Origin: an uncultured Alphaproteobacteria bacterium
GTDB taxonomy: Bacteria > Pseudomonadota > Alphaproteobacteria > Rhizobiales > Xanthobacteraceae
Direction of reading: 5' to 3'
Assembly: GCA_963746065.1 (NCBI GenBank)
Contig: CAVUZP010000001.1
Location: 1,453,564-1,517,563 of the forward strand
DNA length: 64,000 bases
The position numbers and the translations under genes were made by a program. Below the pieces are notes generated by a model. The model was not told where the DNA came from. It was given only the letters and a program-made list of their open reading frames with translations, and searched no databases. Positions within the stretch are counted from its first letter, which is position 1, and each line of letters opens with the position of its first letter. Below are positions 10,841-20,642 of this stretch, one piece after another.

Positions 10841-11829
10841 AGGCGATTCGCATCGCGGAATTCGGCGGCGCGGAAGTGTGCCGGCTGGTTGATGCTGACG
10901 AACCCGACCCCGCCCCCGGCGAAGTAACGGTGCGCCTCGCCTATGCCGGGGTGAACTTCATCGACGTCTACATGCGCAACGGCACCTATGCGCGATCGCA
11001 CACCTATCAGACCCCGCTGCCGATGACGATCGGGATGGAGGGCGCCGGGACGGTGACGGCGCTCGGCAAGGGCGTGAGTGACCATGCCGTCGGCGACCGC
11101 GTCGGCTTCTGCCTGGTTCGCGGCAGCTATGCGCAAGCGGTCAACGTGCCGGCATGGAAGGCGGTTCCGATTCCCGATGGCGTCGACTTCCCGATCGCCG
11201 CTGCCCTCATGCTGCAGGGATCGACTGCGCACTATCTCAGCCATGCCGCCTTTCCGCTCGGTTCAGCCCATACCTGTCTCGTCCATGCTGGCGCGGGTGG
11301 AGTCGGGCAATTGCTGGTACAGCTGGCGAAGTCGCGCGGCGCCCGGGTGATCGCGACCGTCGGCAATGAGGACAAGGCGGAGCAAGTCCGCAAATGCGGC
11401 GCCGACCATGCCATCCTGTACCGACAGACCGACTTCCGCGAGGAAGTGATGCGTCATACCGGGGGAGCCGGCGTCGACGTGGTTTACAATTCGGTCGGGC
11501 GCGACACCATCCACCGCAGCATCCGCAGCCTGAAGAAGCGCGGCATGTGCATTCTGTTCGGCGCGAGCTCCGGCGTGGTGCCGTCGATCGAGCCGATCGA
11601 ACTGGCGGAGGCCGGATCCGTCTACTTCACGCGGCCGCATCTCGCCGACTACATGCGCGACGCGAATGAGATCCGCGGCCGATCGCAGGACCTGTTCGCG
11701 CTGGTGACGAACGGCGGATTGCGGGTCGCCATCGACCGGGAATTCGCGCTGGCCGAAGCCGGCGCGGCGCATCACTATCTGGAGGCGGGTCGATCGCGTG
11801 GCAAGCTTCTGTTGCGCACGGAAGGCTGA
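10837..11829 (+). CDS. qor: NADPH:quinone oxidoreductase (zeta-crystallin/MDR family)
   Basis: AGVNFIDVYMRNG, GMEGAG, HAGAGGVG and SRGKLLL; ATGA overlap with the MFS gene. Confidence 0.85.
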   Translation: MKAIRIAEFGGAEVCRLVDADEPDPAPGEVTVRLAYAGVNFIDVYMRNGTYARSHTYQTPLPMTIGMEGAGTVTALGKGVSDHAVGDRVGFCLVRGSYAQAVNVPAWKAVPIPDGVDFPIAAALMLQGSTAHYLSHAAFPLGSAHTCLVHAGAGGVGQLLVQLAKSRGARVIATVGNEDKAEQVRKCGADHAILYRQTDFREEVMRHTGGAGVDVVYNSVGRDTIHRSIRSLKKRGMCILFGASSGVVPSIEPIELAEAGSVYFTRPHLADYMRDANEIRGRSQDLFALVTNGGLRVAIDREFALAEAGAAHHYLEAGRSRGKLLLRTEG

Positions 11830-12046
11830 CGGTGATGGCGGAACACGCAATCGAGGTCCGGCCAGTGGCTCGCGCCAACATCCGCAAAATGGAATGCTGG
11901 GCATCGGGCTGGCCGACTGCTACCAAAGTTGTCTGCCAATCGACAGAATTGATAGGCTTGATGGGATATTGAGCGATGACATGGCCAGCGGCGGCTCAAC
12001 CACGAAACGCAGGTCCTTGAGGGGCGGCACAGAGGGAGAATTCACG

Positions 12047-13000
12047 ATGCGACGTGCTCTTGTCATTGCAGGCTGCCTGCTGCTCGGATCGGCCGCGCTG
12101 TCGAGCGTTGCCGCGGAGGACGCCTATCCGGCGCGTCCTGTCACCTTCATCGTTCCCTGGGGCCCGGGCGGCGGCGCCGACCAGTTGGCGCGCATCGCCG
12201 GTAAATTGATGGAGCAGGAACTGAAGGTTTCGTTTCCGGTCATCAACGTGCCCGGCGCCACCGGCCAGACCGGCCTGACCAAGCTCGTGACCGGGCCGGC
12301 CGACGGCTACACCATCGAGGTCATGACCGGCGACACTTTCGCACTGTTCACGGCCGCCAACGCGCGCTTCAAGACCAACCAGCTGACGCCGCTTGGCGTC
12401 ATGATCGAGCAGCCTTCCGGCTTCTTCGTCAAGGAAGACAGTCCGTGGAAGACGTGGGCGGATGTCGAGGCGGCGGCGCGCAAGGCGCCGTTGCGGGTAG
12501 CGGTCACCGGGTTCGGCAGCCCGGACGATTTCACCGTCAACTTCTTCCGCAACAAGGGACTGAAACTGGAATCGGTGCCGTTCGCGGAGCCGGGTCTGCG
12601 CTATTCTTCGGTGATCGGCGGCCAGAGCGATCTCGTCTACGAGCAGGCAGGCGATGTCCGCAGCTTCCTCGACGGCAAGCAAATTCGTCCGGTGCTGTTC
12701 TTCAGCGACAAGCCGTTCGAGGCCTATCCCGACATCCCCTACTCGAAGAAGCTCGGTTATGACGTCAAGCTGCCGCAGTTTCGCGTCATCATTGCAAAGG
12801 CCGGCACCGCTCCCGAACAGGTCAAGGTACTGGCGGAAGCCGTCAAGAAGGTCGGCACGGCTCCCGAGTTCAGCGCCTATCTCAAGCAGCAGCTCGGCGA
12901 GCCGCAGAGCTTCGTTCCCGCCGACCAGGCCATTGCCTACATGAACAAGTGGCTGGAGGAAGCCGGCGCGCTGAGCGCTGCGTCGAAGGCGAAGCAATGA
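12047..13000 (+). CDS. tctC: Tripartite tricarboxylate transporter substrate-binding protein
   Basis: Signal peptide then YPARPVTFIVPWGPGGGADQLAR and NVPGATG; RBS GAGGGAG. Confidence 0.88.
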   Translation: MRRALVIAGCLLLGSAALSSVAAEDAYPARPVTFIVPWGPGGGADQLARIAGKLMEQELKVSFPVINVPGATGQTGLTKLVTGPADGYTIEVMTGDTFALFTAANARFKTNQLTPLGVMIEQPSGFFVKEDSPWKTWADVEAAARKAPLRVAVTGFGSPDDFTVNFFRNKGLKLESVPFAEPGLRYSSVIGGQSDLVYEQAGDVRSFLDGKQIRPVLFFSDKPFEAYPDIPYSKKLGYDVKLPQFRVIIAKAGTAPEQVKVLAEAVKKVGTAPEFSAYLKQQLGEPQSFVPADQAIAYMNKWLEEAGALSAASKAKQ

Positions 13001-13551
13001 CCGAAACCCGTGGCGCCGCCACGGTGGTCGAGCGCGTGCTGCCTTACGCCATGGTGTTCGGCGTGGCGGCCTTTCTGCTCTATCGGGCGCAGCATTTCGA
13101 CTTCGCGGCAGCGGTCGACCAGGTCGGCCCGGACAGTTGGCCCAAGCTCATCCTCTATCTGATCATGGCCACTTCGGCGTTCGAGGGCATTCGTCGCGTG
13201 CTCGGCGCGAGAGGCCCCCGGCCCGGATCGGCCGTCGTTCCGGCCGTTGCATCGCCGTTCGAGCGCGAGTCCGCCGACATGCGGGTGGTGTTCACCTGCG
13301 TCGCGGCGTCGCTGGTCTATCTCGCACTGTTCGAGATCGTCGGGTTCTTCGTCGATACCGTGGTGTTCGTGCTGTGCCTGATCTGGATCGGCGGCTTCCG
13401 CCGCTTCTGGACCGCACTGGCCATCAGCGTCGTGACGACCTTGCTGTTCATGCTGGTTTTCCTGCGCGTGATCTACGTGGCATTGCCGATCGGCACCGGC
13501 CCGTTCCAGTGGCTGTCGACCAGCCTGATGCGTCTTCTCGGCGTTCATTGA
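12997..13551 (+). CDS. tctB: Tripartite tricarboxylate transporter small membrane subunit
   Basis: Four to five TM segments, VGPDSWP and YVALPIG; lies between tctC and tctA. Confidence 0.85.
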   Translation: MTETRGAATVVERVLPYAMVFGVAAFLLYRAQHFDFAAAVDQVGPDSWPKLILYLIMATSAFEGIRRVLGARGPRPGSAVVPAVASPFERESADMRVVFTCVAASLVYLALFEIVGFFVDTVVFVLCLIWIGGFRRFWTALAISVVTTLLFMLVFLRVIYVALPIGTGPFQWLSTSLMRLLGVH

Positions 13552-13560
13552 GAGGGCGCA

Positions 13561-15093
13561 ATGCACACCCTTCAATTGCTGCTGAGCGGATTTGGCGAGG
13601 TCTTCAAGCCGCTGGACCTGCTGATGATGTTCATCGGCCTGCTGATCGGCATGGCGGTTTCGATCATGCCCGGTCTCGGCCTCGTGATGGGCGTGGTCCT
13701 CGCACTGCCCTTCACCTACGGGCTGGCGCTCGAGCCCTCGATCATCCTGCTGACCGCCATCTACATGTCGGGAACCTATGCCGGCTGTTTCACCGCGATC
13801 CTGTATCGGATTCCCGGTGAACCGATGGACGTGCCGCTGCTGTGGGACGGCTATGCCATGACCCAGCGCGGCGATGCGGCCAAGGCGCTGGGATGGGCGC
13901 TGGTGGCCGCATTGACCGGCGGCCTGTTCTCGACCGCCGTGATGACCACTCTGGCGACCCCGCTCAGCAATTTCGCGCTCAAATTCGGCGCGCCCGAATA
14001 TTTCGCAGCGGTGTTCTTCGGCCTCACCACCGTGGTGGCGCTCGCCGGCACCTCGATCCCCAACGCCCTGATCAGCCTGTTCCTCGGTCTTCTGGTCGCG
14101 ACCATCGGCACCGACAGCACCTACGGCACCGAACGCTTCACCTTCAACTCCTCGATCCTGTCGAACGGCGTGCCCTATGTGATGGTCCTGGTCGGCATGT
14201 ACGGATTCGGCGAGATCCTGATCAAGCTCGGGCAAAGCCTGCACATCGAGGCGCCGGCGGCAAATGCCGGCACCAAGACCCGTTTTCCATCCTTGCGTGA
14301 ATTGTGGGAGTTGCGCGCCACGTTCGTCCGCAGCACCCTGCTCGGCACCATCCTGGGCGTCGTTCCCGGCGCCGGCGCCACCATTACGTCGTTCGTTTCC
14401 TATGCGATCGAGAAGCAGTATGGCCGCCGCGGCGACCGGATCGGCACCGGTATCCCCGAGGGCATCGTCGCGCCGCAGATCGCCTCGACCGCGTCGGTTG
14501 CCGGGCACATCGTCCCGCTGCTGACGCTCGGCATCCCCGGCAGCGGTGCCACCGCCGTCATTCTCGCGGCGTTCCTGCTGCACGGCGTGCAACCGGGACC
14601 GTTCATGTTCGGCAATCCGGAATCGACGCTGGTCGTCTACACCATCATGGCATCGATGTTCGTGGCCGTTATCGGCATGTGCCTGATGGGCTTCGCCTGG
14701 ATCCATGTCGTGGTCAAGGTGCTGACGATCCCGCAGGGCGTGCTCGCTGCGATCGTCATCATGTTCTGCCTGGTTGGCGCCTTCGCCGACCGCAACACCG
14801 TGTCCGACATGTGGATGATCGTCATCTTTGGCACGCTTGCCGCGGTGTTCGAGCGCTACAAATTCCCGGTGTCGCCGATGGTGCTGGGCGCCATCCTCGG
14901 ACCGCTCGCCGAGGATTCCTACATGCGCAGCATGATCACCTTTCACCGCGACTGGACCGTGTTCTTCACCCAGCCGATCGCCGGCACGCTGATGGCGTTG
15001 TCCATTGTCTCACTGTCCTATCCGGCGGTGAAGGCCCTGCTGGCGCGGCGCCGCGCCGGCGCGGTGGCAGCGGTTGGCAATCCGGACATCTAG
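13561..15093 (+). CDS. tctA: Tripartite tricarboxylate transporter large membrane subunit
   Basis: AILYRIPGEP, DGYAM, FGAPEYF, PLLTLGIPGS and GVQPGP signature motifs. Confidence 0.92.
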   Translation: MHTLQLLLSGFGEVFKPLDLLMMFIGLLIGMAVSIMPGLGLVMGVVLALPFTYGLALEPSIILLTAIYMSGTYAGCFTAILYRIPGEPMDVPLLWDGYAMTQRGDAAKALGWALVAALTGGLFSTAVMTTLATPLSNFALKFGAPEYFAAVFFGLTTVVALAGTSIPNALISLFLGLLVATIGTDSTYGTERFTFNSSILSNGVPYVMVLVGMYGFGEILIKLGQSLHIEAPAANAGTKTRFPSLRELWELRATFVRSTLLGTILGVVPGAGATITSFVSYAIEKQYGRRGDRIGTGIPEGIVAPQIASTASVAGHIVPLLTLGIPGSGATAVILAAFLLHGVQPGPFMFGNPESTLVVYTIMASMFVAVIGMCLMGFAWIHVVVKVLTIPQGVLAAIVIMFCLVGAFADRNTVSDMWMIVIFGTLAAVFERYKFPVSPMVLGAILGPLAEDSYMRSMITFHRDWTVFFTQPIAGTLMALSIVSLSYPAVKALLARRRAGAVAAVGNPDI

Positions 15094-15112
15094 AGCAAGT
15101 GGAGACTGTGTC

Positions 15113-15877
15113 ATGCGCTTACGCGGTCGGGTCGCGATCGTCACCGGAGGTGCCAGCGGGATCGGCAAGGCGATCAGCCATTGCCTGGCGCGCGAAGGCG
15201 CCCGCATCGCGGTGGTGGACATCGACGAGCGCAAGGGCCGCGACGCCGCCGCCGAGCTCGCGGCCGGGGGCGACGCCATCTTCGTCCGCACCGACGTCAC
15301 CAATTCTGCTTCGGTCAACCAGATGGCGCGGGAGGTCGACGACCGTTTCGGCCGCATCGACATCCTCGTCAACAATGTCGGGGTCCGCATCACCAAGCCG
15401 TTTCTCGAGCACACCGACGCGGACTGGAACGTGATGATCGCGACCAATCTCACCGGGCCATTCTTCTGCGCCCGGGCGGTCGCCCCCGTGATGATCCGCG
15501 GCGGCCGCGGCCGCATCATCAACGTCGCGTCGATCGCGAGTCTGATCGGGCGGCCCGACCGTGTCGCCTATGTGTCGGCCAAATCGGGCCTGCTCGGCAT
15601 GACCCGTGCGCTGGCGATCGACCTTCGCGGCACCGGCGTCACCGTCAACGCGCTGGCGCCAGGTTCGATCAATTCGCCGATGAACGCCACGCAGGCGGCC
15701 AATGCCGATCAGGACTGGGGCAACGAAACCCCGGTCGGACGGTGGGGAACGCCCGACGACGTCGCCAATGCCGCTGTGTTTCTCGCGCTCGACGAATCCG
15801 GCTACATCACCGGCGCGGAGCTGGCGGTGGACGGCGGCTGGGTCTCGACCAAGGCGCGGGCGGGCGAAATCGTCTGA
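15113..15877 (+). CDS. Short-chain dehydrogenase/reductase
   Basis: TGGASGIG, NNVG, catalytic YVSAK, and ITGAELAVDGG. Confidence 0.9.
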   Translation: MRLRGRVAIVTGGASGIGKAISHCLAREGARIAVVDIDERKGRDAAAELAAGGDAIFVRTDVTNSASVNQMAREVDDRFGRIDILVNNVGVRITKPFLEHTDADWNVMIATNLTGPFFCARAVAPVMIRGGRGRIINVASIASLIGRPDRVAYVSAKSGLLGMTRALAIDLRGTGVTVNALAPGSINSPMNATQAANADQDWGNETPVGRWGTPDDVANAAVFLALDESGYITGAELAVDGGWVSTKARAGEIV

Positions 15878-15901
15878 GCGGCGGATCGCGCGCCGCACCC
15901 C

Positions 15902-16387
15902 TCACGCCGGCTCGATGACGAACAGTGTTCGTCCATAGTCCACCAGCTCGCCGCTTTCCGCACCGATCCGAACCACGCGGCCGGCGCATTCGGCGTTCAT
16001 GGTCGTGAACAGCTTCATGACTTCGATGATGCAAAGCGGCTGGCCCGGTCGAACCATCGTGCCGATTTCGACAAAGGGCGGCGCCTCGGGGTTCGGCGCG
16101 CGATAGAAGGTGCCGATCATCGGCGCCGTCACTTCGATCAGGCCCGCTGCCGGGGCCTGGCCGGCTGTCGCCGATCCGACCCTCGTGGGCGCATCGGCGG
16201 GCGGTTGCGGCGCGGCTGCGGCCACCGGCGCCGATCCGGCGCGTTCGGCGGCCGGCGCGGCATGGCCCGCGGCGGCATTCCGCCGCACCACCAGCTTGAG
16301 CTCGCCGGTCTCGACAATCACCTCGTCGCAGGAACTGCCGTCGATGATTTTCAGGATCTCGGCGACTTCCTCGTAAGTCAGGCTCAC
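15902..16387 (-). CDS. accB: Biotin carboxyl carrier protein (AccB-like)
   Basis: APMIGTFYRAPNP, biotinylation motif IIEVMKL and Ala/Pro linker. GTG start overlaps the upstream stop. Confidence 0.88.
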   Translation of the reverse strand: MSLTYEEVAEILKIIDGSSCDEVIVETGELKLVVRRNAAAGHAAPAAERAGSAPVAAAAPQPPADAPTRVGSATAGQAPAAGLIEVTAPMIGTFYRAPNPEAPPFVEIGTMVRPGQPLCIIEVMKLFTTMNAECAGRVVRIGAESGELVDYGRTLFVIEPA

Positions 16388-17253
16388 GGTTTCTCCTCTT
16401 CGCTCCGGTCTCCTTCCGGCTCGATGGTGGCAGCGAGACTGTCGGCAGCCGACCGCAGCAGCGGAATGTGCGCCAGTCCCTGTTGCAGCGACATCCGCGC
16501 CAGCGGTGCCGAAACCGCCAGCGCCGCGATCGGCTTTTTTCTGGGGCCTTGAACCGGAACGGCGACGCACACCACCCCGGCCAGGAATTCCTGATCATCG
16601 GTGGATATCGCCGTCGATCAAATCTTCTCCAGTTCCTGCTCGAGGCGACCGACGTCGGTGATGGTGTTTTCGGTGTAGCGGTAGAGCGGAATCGAACGCA
16701 GCATCAGCGCGCGCCTTTGTGCCGGCAGCGTGCTGAGAAACAGCTTGCCCATCGAGGTGCAGTGCAGCGGCACGTGCGAGCCGCGTTCGAACCGCAGGCC
16801 GAACGGCCAAGCCAACTCGACGCGGTCGAGATAGACGACATGGCTGCCGGCCATGACACCGAAATTGCAGGTCTCGCCGATCTGCTGCGAGAGCAATTCG
16901 AGGATGGCATGCCGCGGCGCCCGCGACATCGAGGCCGCAACGATGTCGAGGCCGAGCCGCTCCAGTCGCACGCCCGGCACATAGCGGCTGCTGCCGGGCT
17001 CCCGCTGCAGCAGCCCCTCGCCTTCCAGCATCCGCACAATGCGATGGGCGGTCGGTTTGGGAAGACCGAGCAGAACGCCGAATTCGGAAATCCCGAGCGG
17101 CCGTTTCGCCGTTGCCATCGCCTCCAGAATGGCGACGGCCTTCACCGTCGGAAACGCCTTGGCTCGGCCTTCAACGGCAGCCCCAGGTCGATCGCTGGAA
17201 CGCCGCTGGAAGCGGCTTTCGTAAATCTGATCGGGATCCAGAGGAGGCTGCAT
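16384..17253 (-). pseudogene. IclR-family regulator with in-frame TGA at 16618-16620
   Basis: HTH and GSHVPLHCTSMGKLFL precede EKI-TGA; the same frame resumes STAISTDDQEFLAGVVCVAVP to a stop at 16384. Confidence 0.8.
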
Positions 17254-17268
17254 CTAGGTATTAGAAAC

Positions 17269-17285
17269 CGGAACAAAATGTCTTG
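17269..17285. promoter_or_regulatory. Candidate IclR operator
   Basis: CGGAACAAAATGTCTTG in the iclR/MFS divergent promoter. Confidence 0.4.
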
Positions 17286-17413
17286 CAATATGAAATGAAT
17301 CGATGCCAGTCTGATTGCCAAACAGCTGCCGCGGTAATTTCGTAGGGAAATGGCGGGCCGGCTGGGAAGCTGCCCGACGAGAAGCAGCGGGCAAAACCGG
17401 GGGAGAGAGGACA

Positions 17414-18742
17414 GTGAGGCAAGCAGACCAGGGAGCCGATGGGGCGGCGATCTCGACCGGCACCGTCGCCTTTGCAAGCGCAATCGGCACCACCATCGAG
17501 TGGTATGACTTCTTTCTCTATGGCGTCGTGACGCCACTGGTGTTGAACAAGCTGTTTTTCCCGAACTTCGATCCCGTCGCCGGCACCTTGCTGGCCTACA
17601 CCACGTTCTTCGTCGGCTTCATCTCCCGCCCGATTGGCGGCATCATCTTCGGACACTATGGCGATCGCATCGGCAGAAAGACGGTGCTGATCCTCACCTT
17701 GATCATCATGGGCCTCGCCACCTTCCTGATCGGCGTTCTTCCGACCTACGAATCCGTCGGCATCTGGGCGCCGATCCTGCTGCTGGTGCTGCGGGTGTTC
17801 CAGGGCATCGGCATCGGCGGCGAATGGGGCGGCGCGGTACTGATGGCGGTCGAGCATTCGCCGACCGGACGGCGCGGCTTCTACGGAAGCTGGCCGCAGA
17901 TCGGCGTTCCCGCCGGTCTTCTGCTCAGCGCCGGCGCCGTCTACGTGCTGTCCTATCTGCCCGATGCCGAGTTTCTCGCCTGGGGCTGGCGCGTCGCCTT
18001 CCTGATCAGCGCCGCGCTGGTGGTGCTCGGTCTCTACATCCGGCTCAAGATCATGGAGACGCCGGCCTTCAGCCAGATCCAGAAGGAGGACAGGATTGCC
18101 GAGGTCCCGGTCGTCGAACTTTTCAAGACCCACGGGAAGAATACGCTCCTTGGACTGGGGGCGCGCTATATCGAAGGCGTGACCTTCAATACCTTCGGCG
18201 TGTTCATTGTCGGCTATCTGACCGGCGCGTTGCATCTGCCGCGCCAAACCGCGCTGGCCGGCGTGATGATCTCTTCGGCCATCATGATCGTGATGCTTCC
18301 GATCTATGGCAATCTGTCCGACCTGTACGGCCGGCGACGCCTCTATGCTATTGGAGCCATTGGGATCGGGGTGCTGACATTCCCGGCGTTCTGGCTGATG
18401 CAGACGGGATCGCCGATCCTGGTCTGGATCGCGATCGCGATTCCATTCGCCCTGGTCTATCCAGCCGTCTACGGCCCGCAGGCCGCGCTGTTCTCCGAAC
18501 TGTTCGACACAAGGGTGCGGTACACCGGGACTTCGTTCGTCTACCAATTCTCGGGCATCTTCGCCAGCGGACTGACCCCGATCATCGCCACCGCGCTGCT
18601 GCCGCTCGGCAACAACCAGCCCTGGCTGATCTGCCTCTACGTTCTGGTAGTGAGCCTGATCAGCGCGGCGTCGGTCTATGCCATGGCGGAGTCCAACAAG
18701 CGCGACATGTCGGTCGACAACCAGGCAACCAGGCGGGCCTAA
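17414..18742 (+). CDS. MFS metabolite:H+ symporter (MHS/ShiA-like)
   Basis: GTTIEWYDF, FGHYGDRIGRK, GGEWGGA and ELFDTRVRYTG motifs. Confidence 0.9.
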   Translation: MRQADQGADGAAISTGTVAFASAIGTTIEWYDFFLYGVVTPLVLNKLFFPNFDPVAGTLLAYTTFFVGFISRPIGGIIFGHYGDRIGRKTVLILTLIIMGLATFLIGVLPTYESVGIWAPILLLVLRVFQGIGIGGEWGGAVLMAVEHSPTGRRGFYGSWPQIGVPAGLLLSAGAVYVLSYLPDAEFLAWGWRVAFLISAALVVLGLYIRLKIMETPAFSQIQKEDRIAEVPVVELFKTHGKNTLLGLGARYIEGVTFNTFGVFIVGYLTGALHLPRQTALAGVMISSAIMIVMLPIYGNLSDLYGRRRLYAIGAIGIGVLTFPAFWLMQTGSPILVWIAIAIPFALVYPAVYGPQAALFSELFDTRVRYTGTSFVYQFSGIFASGLTPIIATALLPLGNNQPWLICLYVLVVSLISAASVYAMAESNKRDMSVDNQATRRA

Positions 18743-18764
18743 ATCGGCGAGATCAGGCCAGGCC

Positions 18765-19640
18765 TCAGGGCGCCACGGCCTCTCCGGCCGAGGCGAGTGC
18801 GCGCTTGGCCGCAATCAAATGGGGCATGTCGTACATCTTGCCGTCGATGCCGAGCGTGCCCGCATCGGGCTGCGCCGCGAAGGCGGCCACCACCCGACGT
18901 GCATGCGCGAGATCGGCCTCCGACGGAGTGAAGCATTCGTTGATGGTGGCAATCTGGTCGGGATGGATGGCGATCCGGCCGACGAAACCGTCCCGCCGCG
19001 CGATCCGGCAGCTTTCCGCCAGCCCCTTCAAATCGCGGAAGTCGGCATAGAGGGTGTCGAGCGGCAAGACGCCCGCGGCTCCGGCCGCAAACAGGCACTG
19101 CGCCCGCGCCACCTGATAGGGAAACGTCCAGTCGCCATTGGCTTCCTTGTTCGAGAGCGCGCCAAGGGCTGCGCCGAGATCCTCGGCGCCCCATGTCATC
19201 GCTACCAGCCGCGCGTTCGGCGTCGCGTAGCTGGCAAAGCCGACCATGGCGGCCGGCGTCTCGGTCGCCACCACCAACAGCTTGACATGACCCGGAGCGA
19301 CCCCGGCGGCGACTTCAAGCGCGTCGAGATAGTTGGAGATCAGTTCGATGTCCGCCATCCCGTTGACCTTCGGGATCAGGATGCCATCGAGACCGGGGCG
19401 GACCACCGCTGCGAGGTCGCCGAGCGTCAGGCCGCTGCCGAGCGGGTTCACCCGCACCAGGAACGCCCAGTCGCGCCGCGCCCCGAGCAGGTCCTTCACC
19501 ATCCCGCGCGCGAGCGTCTTGCGCGGCGGCGCGACGGAATCCTCCAGATCGAGGATCAGCGCATCGGCGCCGATGGTGTCGGCCTTGGCGAACTTGCGTT
19601 CGCTGTCGGCCGGTACGAACAGCAACGAACGCAGCTTCAT
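18765..19640 (-). CDS. CitE/HpcH-family acyl-CoA lyase
   Basis: RSLLFVPAD, DLEDSV, VRVN, WGAEDL, IHPDQ and GKMYDMPH. Confidence 0.88.
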   Translation of the reverse strand: MKLRSLLFVPADSERKFAKADTIGADALILDLEDSVAPPRKTLARGMVKDLLGARRDWAFLVRVNPLGSGLTLGDLAAVVRPGLDGILIPKVNGMADIELISNYLDALEVAAGVAPGHVKLLVVATETPAAMVGFASYATPNARLVAMTWGAEDLGAALGALSNKEANGDWTFPYQVARAQCLFAAGAAGVLPLDTLYADFRDLKGLAESCRIARRDGFVGRIAIHPDQIATINECFTPSEADLAHARRVVAAFAAQPDAGTLGIDGKMYDMPHLIAAKRALASAGEAVAP

Positions 19641-20089
19641 GCGGGGCGCCTCATCATCAATCCGATCCGCCGGCAATAGGCGATTTCCTCGTTGCGCTGG
19701 TTGAAGCCGCGATGTTCGAACGTGACGATCCCCTGGGTCGGTCGGGATTTGCTGTCGCGCACCGCCACGATCTTGGTCTCGGCGCGCAGCGTGTCCCCGG
19801 CAAAGACCGGGCGCGGGAACCTCGTCTCTTCCATGCCGAGATTGCCGACCGTCGTCCCCAGCGTGGTGTCCTGCACCGTGATCCCGATGATCAGGCCGAG
19901 CGTAAAGATCGAGTTCATCAGCGGTTTGCCGAATTCGGTCGATTTGGCATATTCATGGTCGATATGGACCGCCGCCGGATTATAGGTCAGGGCCGAGAAC
20001 AGGATGTTGTCCATGTCGGTGACCGTGCGCCGGATTTCATGGACAAAGGTCTGACCGACCGAGAATTGTTCGAAGTAGAGTCCCGCCAT
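19637..20089 (-). CDS. MaoC-family acyl-CoA hydratase
   Basis: GLYFEQF, RTVTDMDN, NPAAVHID and PVFAGDTL; overlaps the lyase start. Confidence 0.88.
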   Translation of the reverse strand: MAGLYFEQFSVGQTFVHEIRRTVTDMDNILFSALTYNPAAVHIDHEYAKSTEFGKPLMNSIFTLGLIIGITVQDTTLGTTVGNLGMEETRFPRPVFAGDTLRAETKIVAVRDSKSRPTQGIVTFEHRGFNQRNEEIAYCRRIGLMMRRPA

Positions 20090-20117
20090 TTGCAGCCTTT
20101 CCGCGCTTTCGCCAATA

Positions 20118-20202
20118 GTAGCCCGGATGCAGCGCAGCGCAATCCGGGAATCCCACCGCAAATCGCGCAGCCCCGGATTTCGCTGCGCTCCATCCGGGCT
20201 AC
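20118..20202. repeat. GTAG-type REP-like palindromic element, copy 1
   Basis: GTAGCCCGGATG...CATCCGGGCTAC terminal inverted repeat with internal hairpins. Confidence 0.85.
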
Positions 20203-20225
20203 GGATCTGCGCCGCACCTTTGGCT

Positions 20226-20376
20226 CGTCATTCCGGGGCGCGCGAACGCGCGAGCCCGGAATCTATAGCCACGAACGGTTATGGTACCCAGAGCTTGGCC
20301 CGCCAGGTCGATCTACAATGCGCATCGGTGGCTATGGATTCCGGGCCTGCGCCAAGCGGCGCATCCCGGAATGACG
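20226..20376. repeat. CGTC-type REP-like palindromic element
   Basis: CGTCATTCCGGG...CCCGGAATGACG terminal inverted repeat. A partial related unit (GGATTGCTTCGTCGC...CGCAATGACG) follows at about 20383-20416. Confidence 0.8.
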
Positions 20377-20429
20377 CATGGTGGATTGCTTCGTCGCTTC
20401 GAGCTTCGCAATGACGGCGTGCAAATGAC

Positions 20430-20516
20430 GTAGCCCGGATGGAGCGCAGCGCAATCCGGGAATCCTCCACCGCGGATCACGCAGCCCCGGATTTCGCTGC
20501 GCTCCATCCGGGCTAC
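20430..20516. repeat. GTAG-type REP-like palindromic element, copy 2
   Basis: Near-identical direct copy of 20118-20202; both copies are followed by GGATC. Confidence 0.85.
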
Positions 20517-20642
20517 GGATCGTCATGCCAATGGCCTGCATCCATCCATTCTTTGACTTGAGATATATGACCAATATACCCTTGGGATGAATGGTCGACC
20601 CGCTGGAATCGGGGCCGTCGACGGCCGTGACGAGGACATCGA

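Noticed and set aside
16618-16620. TGA as selenocysteine or programmed readthrough
   Set aside because: The position aligns with Arg in the two paralogous IclRs (AEIRR, ARIRD), not Cys; I saw no SECIS-like hairpin.
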